From contig RSEE01000008.1 of the NCBI GenBank assembly GCA_003971905.1, forward strand, positions 248,001 to 312,000: a DNA stretch of 64,000 nucleotides. Reading direction: 5' to 3'. Each line of letters opens with the position of its first letter. Position 1 is the first letter of the stretch. This document shows, one piece after another, positions 1-12,166 of this stretch. A model generated the notes under the pieces. It saw only the letters and a list, made by a program, of their open reading frames with translations, ran no database searches and was not told where the DNA came from. The position numbers and the translations under genes are program-made. The stretch comes from Moniliella sp. 'wahieum'. Taxonomy: Eukaryota.

Positions 1-133
1 CTCTTCTTCGCTTTCACCACCCGGTACAGTCGCGGATTCTGCTCACTCTTCCACCACCGCATCGACGCTTAACCCACGCAGTCGTCGTGCCTCGGCCCGG
101 GTCGCTCGCTCCCGCATCGAGCGTTCTACTGCC

Positions 134-3100
134 TTGGCGGTCGACCACGACGAGGCAAACTATGGGGGAGGTCCTGAGTTGGACCCGAGTACGCCTGAAA
201 GCCAACGCCATTCGCTCACCAATTCTTCCGGTCGCAACTCCTCCCGCCCTACCACGGGTGGATCGGGGTGGCGAGTCGAGCCGTCTGGCTTGAGTGGCGT
301 GGCGCGCTTGCGTTCCTCTGCTCACGAAGCAGTTGCCAATGGCACGTACTACTCGGATGCCGAACTTGAGACGAACCGCAGCGGATCCCCACGCCCGTCT
401 AGCAGTCTACGTCCCAGCTCGGGCATGGATCGGCAGTTGGGTCAAGAGGGTGATCCAGAAGTGTCTCACTGGGGTGGGGCTCCCTCGGCTACAACTCTTG
501 ACTTGGCTCAGTTCGATTCCCAGGGCATCATGGCAGTCCCTACGTTTGGGCGCAGCCAGGACAGCCTTTCTTCTTCCTGTAGCTCTTCATCTTCCTCCTC
601 TTCTTCTGGCTCTGTTGATGGGGACGGTAAGACGAAACGCCTGAGTCATGCCCTTACTGAGACCGGTTCACCTCGTCTGGGCCGGGTGGAAACCACGCTT
701 TCGGGTGATGCAACCACTCAGCCTCACGATTCGGACGAAGACGATGGTCCCGATGAGCCCGAGCACACCCTGTCGAACCAGAGCTCAGCTTCGACACTGG
801 CTCTTCGGCCGCGAGGCGGGGGCGCCCCTCTTTCGGCTCTGCAAGCGCTAGCTCACCCTGCCCCCATACGGGATCTAACTTTGCGTCGCGCTTCAAGGCG
901 GCCCGTGCCAGTACCCAAGTCGATGCCCAGGGCTTGACAGAGAAAGCTTCGGTTACCACGTTGACCGGTGCCCCCTGGGTCTCTTCCTCGCCTGTCGCCC
1001 AAGGATTTCCCGCGTCTTCGATGGAGCCTTTACGCGCTTCCTCTAGCCAAGCTAATCCCGCCTCAACGGGGGGCAGAGAGCGCAGCGGAAGTCGGTCCAC
1101 ACGCTCCAGCATGTTGGACGAAGATGGGGTTCGCACCATGGGTATTGCTGTGGTGGGGCAGCACAATGTAGGGAAATCGTCCGTCATCCGAAAAGGTCTC
1201 CGTCAATATGGCCTCTCGCGCCCGACGGTGGTGAGCGACAAGATTAAAGCCTATGCTATCCGCTGTGTCTTGGATCAGCCTACCGCGGAGAACATTCGGG
1301 TTTTGGAACTCGACTCGGCTGCGTTTGTCGCAGCCTCAGGCACAGAACTCGCTTGGCCCGCCGATTTGGCTGACTTGGACCGTCCCGGTCACGGCAAGAT
1401 TGAGGGTGCTGTTATTTGCTACGATGCTGGCTACCTGCCATCGCTCAAGGGTGTCCCTGAGCTACTTGGTATGTTGTTTTGACCTGCTTGTTGGACTCTT
1501 GCTAACGTATTCCCTCAGAATTCTTCCACAAGGCGCATATCCCCACTATCGTCTTGGCGTGCAAATCGGACATTCCTGCCAAGGCCATCGATCCGTTTTT
1601 GGTGCGCGAGTTGGCATCCAAGTTTGCCGCTCGTTTGACCGAGTGCACAACTGCCTTGCCGCCGCCTGGTGCGGCTGCTGCTGGGATGGGAGAAGAAAAC
1701 AAGAAACGGTTAAGAGATGCTTTCCAGTACCTGTTGCGTTCCATGAGCCAAGCTCGGGTGCAACGCGCTGATTTGGAACTTGGGTACGCTACGGCCACCG
1801 TTCGGCACCGCCACCATCACCAGCCCAATTTGCCCTCCACCTCCACTTCCGCTGTCAAGGACACTTCTCGGCACAGGTCCGGATCTGCGTCGCAGGCTGC
1901 CTTGAGCTTACTCCCTACCGCGGGCGGAGGGATGCTGGACCCGGAAGAACTGGCCCCTGCCGAACGTGAACGGATTCAAGAGGAAGAGCAAGCTGCTGGT
2001 CCTGGACCTGAGGCCCTCTCGATTTCCGATTTCCTCGCGTCCATTGCGCTCACGGGCCCTTCTTCGTCCTCATCTGGCTCGGAGGATGGAGAGGTGAGGG
2101 CGGATCCTGATTTGGATGGGGCGGATAGCGATGATGAATCCCGACCTGGTTGGTCCCGCACTTCGCGCCGTCAGTCGTTTATCAGCACCGCCAGTTCTTC
2201 CATGGAACCTAGGGAGCGTGGACGCGGGGACAGCGAGGGTGCAGAAGAGGAGGATCCGACTCCGATGCTCAGCCAGGTCTCCATCCCTTCGGTGCCAGGC
2301 CAAATTGGCGGACCATCTATTCCGACCAGTGGGGCGGTCCGAGCCGCACCGTCCAGTGCAGCCGATGATGCTTCCCGGTTCCCTCTTGCTTTTGGCAAGA
2401 AGAAGGCGCGGGCCAAGGAGCCGGTGTATGTTCCCTTGCCAGATCTGCTGCATCGCTTCTTCACTGCTGTCGTGGCTCACTCGGACACCGACTTCATGTC
2501 GGCCCTGCTGGTGTTCTATCGTGCTTTTGCCTCGCCCGAGTTCCTCCTTTCTGCATTTATGGCTCGGTTCAAGGACCTGGCCGACGATGAGACTCAGTTG
2601 CCAGATGGTCTTGCTGATGCTCCGTCAAGCAAAGCGCTCGATAACCCAACTTTGGTTCACCATGCCCTCGCTCGCCTCGTCACTGTCTTCCAAGAGTGGG
2701 TCCGTCAGTTCCCCGGAGACTTTTCGGCCCCCACAATGACCGACTCGCTGGACACGTTTGTCATGCGCATCAGTCAAAATCAAGCCACGACAAGTATGGT
2801 GCCCGCATTGAAATCGGACCTGCAGCTCTGCCAAACGGCTATCGACTTGGACGTGATGTGGTCCGTTGATGCGTCGGCGGCGCTCTTGGTTTCCCCCTCG
2901 ACTTGGGCCGAAGTGGGAGCGTCCGAATCAGCCGCGGTACGCCATGACGCCTACCGTAACTCGGTGCTTCTCTCGTCGTCAGGGCCAGAGAGGAGGATCC
3001 GTCGACCACGTCGGCTAAGCAAGCGCTCGAAGCGCTTAGCCCCTCTGGACTTTCGATGTTGGCCCCCGCTGCTTCGACAAGCGGAACAGCTCCTTCTGGT

Positions 3101-4393
3101 GTTGCCGACCTGGCTCCCACGAACCCCGCCTCGACTGCCCCCGTAAATGGCGTCCCTCCTAGTTTGAGGTTGACCACGTCGGAAGCGGGCCAGCGCGCTC
3201 GCAGCTCGTCTGTTCTCACAGCCTCGTCGGGACAAGGGAGTGTGCAGTCATGCTATACCGCTGGTTCGGGCCCATCGGAACAAGGTTCATCCAAGACTGT
3301 TGGCAAAGAGGGCGTACCGGAGGAGCAAGAAGAATTGACGGAACCACGCCCTTCGCTGCATCCCATCGTGCCTGGTGGACATCCACGGACCAATACAATG
3401 TCCTCTACCTCAACCACGGGAGCTTACTCGGTAAGCAATGCGTCGACCTCCACATCGGCCACCTCGGTCGCTGTGCCCCCGAATGGGGCGATCGGATCGC
3501 CCACCGCAGGTCTCGACCTGCCTTCCGAGAAACAAGTCGTGACGCTGCGGACGATATCGAATGCGGTCCTGGTGGCCGACGAGGGTGCGTTGGCGGAAGA
3601 ATTGACACGGGTAGAGTGGAGCCTGTTCGCGGTGATTGGCCCACGTGATTGGTTGCGCCATGCGTTGGTCAAGCCGCGCCATCGCATCCCGCACGGCTCG
3701 GTCGCTCAGAGCATCGAATTCTTCAACTACACCTCGGCCTGGGTTGCGTCTATCATCCTCGCCCAACCTAAATTGAAGACCCGTGCAAAGGCGATGGAGA
3801 AGTTGATCCGAGTCGCGGTGCGGCTGCGGATGCTGAACAATTACAACACTCTCTATGCCGTTCTGGCCGGCTTGGCCAGTACCTCGATCCATCGGTTGCG
3901 GCACACACGTGCCATCGTGCAAGAAGATAAGGAGCTGAACAAGCGTCACCTCTCTCTTGCCCGCCTTATGAAGCCCGACCGTGCTTCGGCGGCGTATCGG
4001 TTGGCATTGGAGAATTCGACGGGTCGGATTATCCCCTTTATTGGCGTGCATCTGCACGACATTTTGTCCACCGCCGATGGCAACCCATCGCGGCGTGCGT
4101 CGGATGGGGCGGTTCACTGGCGCAAGTTTGCCCTGATGCATGATGCCATCTCGACGTTAACCAAGTCCCAAAGTGCTGATACGAGGGCGCCGGTAGAGCA
4201 CTCGGACTTGACCAGGCTCATTGTTGACGTACCCATCATGGAAGAAGACGTGCGTATCTACTCTGTCGGCGTGGTTTTTGTTGATACTGACTGACCATTA
4301 TCGATGTAGGTGGCCTACCACACCTCCCTCGCCCTCGAACCCAAGTCGACAGGAGCGGCCCAGACACTTCTGCGCAAAATGCAGGGCTCGTAG
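134..4393 (+). CDS. RasGEF (REM + CDC25 domain) with N-terminal Ras-like P-loop domain; frameshifted, start uncertain
   Basis: P-loop IAVVGQHNVGKS (GQHNVGKS at 1156-1179). REM-like segment DFMSALLVFYRAFASPEFLL. CDC25 domain FFNYTSAWVASIIL...LRMLNNYNTLYAVLAGL...IIPFIGVHLHDI...VHWRKF. Introns 1469-1518 (GTATGT..GCTAAC..CAG) and 4250-4309 (GTGCGT..CTGAC..TAG); last exon VAYHTSLALEPK...QGS ends at TAG 4391-4393. Frame changes near 930 and 3000-3060. Confidence 0.85.
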
Positions 4394-4439
4394 GCGTACC
4401 ACCTCGCCCATACCCCTTCCCCCCTTTGTCATCTTTTGC

Positions 4440-4705
4440 TGCCGATCTTGTGCGGTCCATATATCCCCTCTGTCTTCTCCTCCACCCCTTGCTTCCTTGT
4501 GTCTCCTTTCCCCCCCTCCTCCTCCCCTCCTCCCTCCTCCTCCCCCCCCCCCTTTTTTTCCTTCCCATGTCCTCCCTTGGCTTGCCCTTCCCTCCCCTTT
4601 TGCTTCTTCTCGCTTTTCTTTGACTTTTTCCTGGCGTTACCTCGCTTTCCCTGGTTTCTCCTGGCTATCCTTGGCTTCCTCGTACCCTTTCTCCTCTCTT
4701 TTCCC
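4440..4705. repeat. Long polypyrimidine (C/T-rich) low-complexity tract in RasGEF 3' region
   Basis: Runs such as CCCCCTCCTCCTCCCCTCCTCCCTCCTCCTCCCCCCCCCCCTTTTTTTC are directly visible; further C-runs at 4888-4920. Confidence 0.8.
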
Positions 4706-5646
4706 AGATTGGGGTAGGGAACGGGACCCCCTATGTGTTGGCCCCGGGAACCCCAGATCCCACTCCCTCTGGCCACTACTGACTGGATCATACCACACGC
4801 TCAACATATGTTTTGATGCCGATCCCATTCCCCCTCTCTTAGTTGGCGTGTGAGACGCAGCCTTTGTGTACGCACCCTCTCGTGAATCCCCCCCCCCCTC
4901 CCCCGGCCCCACTCCCACTCTCTCTCGCCCACGTTTTTCCGACCGAACGACCCACCCGCCCCATCTCCCCCTTTCCGACGGCTTGAACTGTCGCTCTATC
5001 CTGGCCTAGACTGCCTCACCTCACCCCACCCCCGCCTCTCTCTCTTGGCGCCCTCGGCTGGTTTCACCATCCTTTGTGGTCGCTTCCTTTCATCATTTCT
5101 GCTATATTCTGTCCCATGGCAGATGGGGATGGAGTTGTGGAGTTGCAGTAGCTCGTGTCTGTTGTCTGTCGGTAGGCCTTTTTATGAACCTTCCTCGCCG
5201 GGTTGCACTTTTTTCCTTTCTTTCTTTCTTTCTCCCCCGTCCTCCCCCCACAGTTGCCAGTGGTTGGGGGACCACTTTCTCTTCCTCTCACGGAGCTTAT
5301 TTTGACAGCGCGCGATTCCCTTGTTGGGTACTATTTTTAGTCAGCGTCAATGTGACCTGGGAGGTTCGGGTGGTCATGTGCGCGCCGGGACTTGCGCTTA
5401 TTCAGGGACGCCTGCCTCATTTTCCCACTGTTCTTTCTACCTGCTGCCAACCGGCGTCGGCGTCGAGTACGTCACTGCACGGGCGGTCCCCCTGGCTGCC
5501 CCCTGGCTACCGCCCCCCCTCGGTACGTGACTTGCGTCTGCACGGGCGGAATGAGATCTGGGTTGAATGGGTCCTAGAATGGTGGGGTAGTATTGATGCC
5601 GCAATAGTAGCCAAGAGTAAGGAAGAGCAGTCTGACAGGTTAGCGG

Positions 5647-7160
5647 TTAACCATAAGGCTTGAAACGAGCCTGGTGAGCCTGCTCGCGATCCCTTGGTCG
5701 ACCTGAGCCGCGTGCCGACCTGCCTGCCCCAGCAGCGGCGCCGCGCGACGAGCGGGAAAAGCTGGGAGAAAAGCTAGCTTCGGCCTGGTGGGAAGCCGAG
5801 AGGGGTTGTTGGATCCTAGCCAACAAGGCGGATTGGACCATGGAGTTCTCCAAGGACCAGATGCATACCTTGCCATCTTCCCCTCCCGTCGTCAGGGTGC
5901 GCGTGGCTGGGTCCACATCCACACAGCGTACAATGTCCGAATGACCTTGCGAGCGGAACGAAGGCGGTCCATTCCCCAAGCCCGACGTCTGCCCTTCGGG
6001 AGGAAGCACGCCCAACAATGTCCAGCACGGCGTTTCACCTGGCCGTTCGGGCGAAGGGGCGTGGATGATAGCCGTACCGCCCGACTGGTCGCCCGTGAAG
6101 AGCACCAGACCATCGGACAACCCTTCGATGCCAGTCTGCGACACATCGTACGCATCCACCACATAGTCCGTGTCCCAAGCGGGAGCGGTGCTACTGGGTT
6201 GCTTGGCGTCCATCGGCTCGAGCACAGCATCAAACTAAACCCATGCTCTTGGTCAGCCGCGCCTCTCGCATCCACGAAACAAGGAGAAAAAAAACGAAAC
6301 ATGAGAAGCAAACGTACCCGATCCGCATCCCAAATGCCAACGGTCTGCATGTCAGAAACGGTCCATGCGCCTCCCAAGCCACGCCGGGGCTTGTTCTCCT
6401 TTTCCTCCAGGCCTTCCAATTTGTCCTCCTCTTCCCCCGGTTTGACAAACAGTTGGCCAATCCCAGGCTTGGCCCCGCCCCACCCGGCCTTGGCCAAACT
6501 AGCGCCCGTGTTACCCACCGCGACCACCGCATCGTCCTCGTTGGCGCCGATCGACAGATCATACACGGCCGCCAAGCCGTCCGAGGAGCCACTGAGCAAA
6601 AGGTGTTCCAACCCGGGCTGGGGGTGAAACGCAAGGGCCGTCACGTCGTCCGAATGGGACTCGGTATAGGAGAAGAGCGGGGCCTCAGGGTGACGAAGAT
6701 CAAATATGTCTACCGCTGCCTCGCCAGCCTGCAACTCGGTCCCTGCCGCAACAAGGAACCCCGCATGTTTTTGGACAGCAACGCTCAGGTACTCCCCACG
6801 CCGCGGACTGGGCAGGGTAGCTGAGGGGGTCCAGAGCGTACGGGGATCCCAGACGGCCACGACGCCTGCCGAGCCCGAGGTGGCCCAGGCACCATGAGAA
6901 AAGGTATCCAGTGCAGTAGCCTTGGTTCCCTGGGTCCAGGCCGTACGGGAGACAACAGTGGCGCGGGCCTTGTCGAGCATCGTCAAGGCACCATCGTCGC
7001 TGACGGCAACGACCGATGTGGTGGTGGGCAAGGTGCGGCAGTGGGTGACGTAGGGGGCGGAGGGGAACGTGAGGGCGGCAGCGACGGGGCTGGGACGGGA
7101 CAGCTGGTCAGGGACGCGGAGCTGGGTACGCGCGACGCTGGCGCGCAGGTCCACATCCAT
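5647..7160 (-). CDS. WD40-repeat protein, WDR89/YNL035C-like
   Basis: ATG at 7160 (MDVDLRAS...). Motifs VAVWDPR, IFDLR...SYTESHSDDVTALAFHP, LLLSGSSDGLAAVYD and GHSDIVRCVD...LTTGGEDGKVCIWS. Intron 6235-6317 (GTACGT..CTGAC..TAG) joins GIWDADR to FDAVLEP in frame; ends ARFKPYG*. Confidence 0.85.
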
Positions 7161-8230
7161 CGTGGGGGACGGGGAGGAGGCAGGCAGACGGCGGTGGCTG
7201 GACAAGGTGTGCGTTGCGCCCGCCGACCGGCCAGCTCTTCCCGCCTCGACCTCGACTTGAAGCTTTACGCCCTTTTGCACCCCACGCACAAGGCGCCACG
7301 CGAGGTAGCTTGTGTTGAACCCAGCCAGTGTCAAATTTTTCTCGCCCAGTCCGCCAATTCCGCCCCTCGACCCCGCCGTTTGCATTGCGCGGCGTCAAAT
7401 TACGAAGTCGCTTCTCAATCGGGTTTTTTGCAAACTCCACTTCACGCTCACGCGCACGCAGCACGCATTTGATTCGCAACACCACGCAGCTGGGAGCGAA
7501 CACGCGCCTGCCGCAGATCTCACATCCATGCGCTCAACGTTCTCAACATAATGTGCATAATGTATGATCTGCATGGCCGGACAGTGACCAGAGGCAGAGG
7601 GATCCTTTCGCTGCCCTTTGCCAGCGGGGGCGGCGCGCATATGGCATTAGCCGGTACCACACGCACGCTTTTTATGGTTTGTTCGGCATATACTCCTGCT
7701 AAAAGACTACTCAACAACGCTATCCCCCCCCGTATCTCGCCTATCTCTTCTGGAACAAAGGTAAGAGTGCTGAATGATGGGGTGCGTTTGAATGATTTTT
7801 TTCTTCTGTGCAACGTATCATCAGGGGGTAGGCCTAAGGGCATAGAGCGCACAGCAAGCACCAAGGAAGAAGTGAGTTGGGAGAAGTGTGGGTACAAGGA
7901 AGGAAGAGTTAATTGTGCGCCCACGTATTCTCCATCATGGAAATCAATGTCTACACTTTTGGAGAGGCCACATTGAAGAGGGGAATCTTCCATGACAGAG
8001 CATATTTTAGGGCACGGATCGAAAACGGCCAAGGGAAGAAGAAAGACGCGCACACACAAAACGAAAAGGGAAAAGCGAGAGGGGACAGCTTGGCGTAAAG
8101 TTCTTATTTAATTGGTACAGAAGGCAGTCATGAGAATACCAAGGGGAATGAACCAATTAAAGACAAAGGAGAGAAAGGGGTTCCACCACATATCTTAACA
8201 CCTCATTATCTCCCGAACTGCAGAAAGGAT

Positions 8231-10520
8231 TCAGGTCAGAGTGCCGCCACAGGAGGGACAATCTGTCGGCGCCAGTGGACCCAACGCGAGTCGGATCTCC
8301 CAAAGCTGAGTGGACCGGAGTCGAATATCAGCTTCCAGACGTGCAGCTCGCGCTTGCAGGGCGGATCGGGACTGGTCCGCACTTGGCTGTTGGGATGCGG
8401 GAAGCTGCAACAGATCAGGGGAGGGGTTGGACTTAGGTTTCGGCTTGGGGCAGTCGTGTGCCATGGGCGATCTCGGCTGGGGAGAAGATAAGTTACTCAA
8501 GCGGGTACTAGGAGGTAACGCAGAGGACGGTAATAGGCTCGAAAAGTCGTCGCTGGGCTCGGGGGAGGTGGAGAATAAGTGGGGGAGAAACGACGGCGTG
8601 CTAGGAGAGACCCTAGGTTCATCAGTCATCGTTTGCACGGTGTCGTTTTGAGCAGGTTGATGGAATGAGATGGTATTAGTGGCCGGCGGAAGCTCCTCCA
8701 ATGGAGGGCTGTGGAGTAGGTGGGGCTGAAGAGGTGTGAAGGCGCTGGAGGTCATGAAAGATGACTGGGACGAGTGGAGTAATGACGCATCCTCTTTCGC
8801 CACAGAGGGGGGTTCGGTTGGAGCTCCGGCCAGTGTATCAGGGATGAGGTTGGGCGAGGCGGATGGTTTGCGCGAAGCAAGGTCTGACGCAGTTAAACCC
8901 AGAGTATTATTGTACAACAAGGGGGCATCATCAAATGATGCATGGTAACTGCTGGAACGCGCCACCTTGTGCCGAGGCAATGGAAGAAGGTTGGGGGAAA
9001 GGGAAGTATGATCTAGGTCGCTTATGGGTGGGTCCATTCTAGTGGGGATCTCAGTAGTAGGGCCATTGGAGCATAGCGTGTAGTTTGACAAAGATTGGGG
9101 GAACGCGGAAGGGATGTGGGAGAGGGTTTTCGATTCGGCAAGTGTCTCCGGAGGGGGGAGCCCCAGTGCAGCTCAACAGAAGGTCATTTTTAGGTGACTT
9201 GGGAATAAAGGGGGTAGAGGCTGAGGCGGTGAGCGTAGAGAACGAATGGCTTGGGCTTGAAGGGGTGCAGTGGAGATCTGCTACTTCGGTCGTGAGGTGA
9301 CTGGGGTGTTGCTCAGAAGGAAAGGCAGATGCATCCTGCTGTTGACTTTGGTGGCTGGCCAATGAAGAAGCAGTCAAATGGAGGGTAGGCGGACGTGGCT
9401 TGTAGCTTGCAGTATAGCCAACAGCGTACATGGGTGGTTCGGAGCTGTCAGACCCGTCATTCCGTGTCCGCAAGAAAGAGGAGGTGGTAGAGGAAAGAGG
9501 GTCGTTGTCTTGCAAAAGTGTTTTGCTCTTGTTTTTCTTCGATGAACGATTGGCGCGGCTCAAAAATGAGAAAAAAGAGCGAGATGGGGTCAGTGGACGA
9601 GAACCCCAGTTCAGCTTGGTACCCTTTTTGTTCTGTCTTTCTTCCGAAAAGGATATGACCTTGATACAATGTGATCAGTCTTCTTCTTGTCGTTGCATGC
9701 ATCTATGATTAAAGAAATGCAGAGACAAAGAGCACGCACCGTTGTGGTAGGGATTGCCATGGAGGGGGCAAATGAGGATTTGGAAGGACTGGTCAAGTTA
9801 GCTGTGCTTGCGGCTCTTTGGGATAGAAAATGTGTATTAGGTACATGCATAGAAAACCCTGTCTCATCCGATTCCTTTATTGGGTCCTCGGATGAAGAAG
9901 CAATCCCGGGAATTGAAGAAACCGGACTGCCTAGGCCACCAGCATGCTGTAGCGGTGTAGCATGAGGCGTCGGCGCTGGGCTTTGGTACCATGAGGGCCG
10001 GCGATGTAGCTTGGAGATGGGAACACGCCGCCGCGGAAGAAGCGGGACCTGGCTGGATTCATTGTCCAGGTTGGTGCAGGAAGCGCTGTGAGCCAACTTT
10101 GACTGTTGCCAGGCCGGATCCAAGATGGGGGATAGGGGGCTGAGAGAAGGGGAGGAGAGAATGGGAGGCAAGTTGGGGGTACTGCGGCTGGCAGGGAGTG
10201 TGGTGCGGGGGGTTGAGGATGGAGTTTTGGGCATCTTTTTGGCTGTTTCACGTTGCATGCGGTGCCGGGGCGGTGGGGTGAGGGAGGTGGGGAGCACGTG
10301 GGGCAGCGACCGCAAGAACGTTCGGCGTCGAATGGGAGGATGCAAGTAGGAGTCGTAAGGTGACCGAGTTGAGTCAGACTGCAAGGTAAACGCAGGGCTT
10401 GGCTTAGGAGCGGTGGGCGAGGAAGAGACGCGGGGACGCATGGACGGGAGGGGGCTGTGGCGGGGGACGGGAGGCCGTCGGTGTGGGTGCTGGGGCGGCT
10501 TGCCAGGGAACAGGTGCCAT
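8231..10520 (-). CDS. Hypothetical Ser/Pro-rich protein with C-terminal coiled-coil-like segment and CPSCG; fragmented
   Basis: Consecutive same-strand ORFs (9611-10441, 9051-9563, 8231-9091) of similar S/P-rich composition. Candidate introns 9703-9739 and 9559-9622 restore frame between two of them. No recognised domain. Confidence 0.4.
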
Positions 10521-12166
10521 GGCGGTGGTGGGGGGTACTGTGTGGGTGGTGGCTAGAGGGGGGAGGAGAAGGCGACGGGGGCGATGAGGACGAGACACGA
10601 GATGCTGCTGCGCAACGCGATACGCTACTGTGGGTCTATGTTGAGTTGGGATGGTGTGACCAAGGCAGCATCGCAGATATGAGAAGTGGTTGATCAACGA
10701 GGCGTGGCAAATGTTGATGCTGGGAAGGACCGGGAGGAGGCGCGTCCCAATGCAATCCCAATGCAGCCGATCATGCAAGATGCAGCAGAGAACGATGCAT
10801 GCACGTTTGAGGCTCGCCCCCCTTGCGCGCTCTCCTGCAGCACATCGCCCCGCCTGTGTCCGCGCAGCAGACCAGAGCACATGCAAGGGATGGCGTAGCA
10901 CAGCCCTGGCCTGCCTTGGGTCAGGCCGGTCGGGTGGCATGTGGCATGTGAGGGCCGAATAAGACGGCAAGCACTCGCGCTCGGCCTGCGCAACCCCCTT
11001 CTGCGCCAGTGTCTCCACACCCCGCACACAAGCCTACTATATAGTACAGTACATGCACCCCGAGATGTTTGGCCGGCCATTCTCACTTCGTCCTAGCGCT
11101 TCGCCGCGCATATCGATCGCGTCTGCTCCGGGCCCCTGTGCATGACCCAATGCATACACCCAACCCCCCACCCTCCTCCCTGCATACCACCAATGCAGTG
11201 CACTGCTCCTGGACAAGCACGGCGCCTGTGTGTGCGGACCCAATTAAAACACCTACTAAATGACCCAGAGGTGTGGATCACCAGGACATTGATGTCTCGT
11301 TCGTCTCTCTCTTGCGCTTCGATCCAATCGAGGCCCGTGAGGGCAGCACCGAGCATGTGAGGCCGGAAGCCGGAGGACAAGAACATGCCTTGCCCTGTGG
11401 CCCTTTCACTCTCCTTACTAGGCAGAACCAGCCAGGAGGAGATGCAAATCCTCACTGCATCTTCTCGACCAGAATAAACAGGGTCTCCACATCCATCATT
11501 TTTGACTGTTGACGCATCCCAAAACGATCTAATACCGCTTTTATCATATTCAGGACGCACATCAGTGATGCAGCTGATACTAGGGTGCTTTAACGGTAGC
11601 TAGTATTTACTGCGTCTCCTGCCAGCAATTACTGCCATCGGTGGGGGCCATGATATACTACGTTCCGATTCACAAATGAATTGTTCTCCCACATTATCGA
11701 CTTGACTTTGCCCTAATCCCCCCCCCCCTTTTGTTCTGTGAGAGACATCTTTTTATAGTATAAACCCCCATCAAAAATTCGCCTCTCGCTCCCTCTCGTA
11801 ACGCGTAACCTCATACAAACCCAACCGTCAAATACCTCGGGTTGAGCTTCCGGTATAACACTCTCCATGGATAACTTTCGTCTCATGGTCTGTCTCTGTT
11901 ATATCCTGGCAATCCAACAACTGAACCGTTTGAAGAGGGGTGTGAGACGAGAGATCTGCGATGCCAACCGATGTTGACACGTGTCACGTGCTCGAACCAG
12001 GGCCAAGATAAAAAATGAAACTTGGACTCGCTGCGGCCACGTGGAAGGGCCAGTGCGATGGATGGGTGGGTCGAAAGCGATGGGACCGGCCCTGAGCCTC
12101 TGCCGGGCGGGCTTCCCTCTCTTGCCACCATCTCCATCTCTTTCTCCATCATCGCTGGCGCCCTCC

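Noticed and set aside
7520..8059. 179-aa minus-strand ORF between the WD40 gene and the orphan
   Set aside because: No recognisable domain or splice support; cannot be called from sequence alone.
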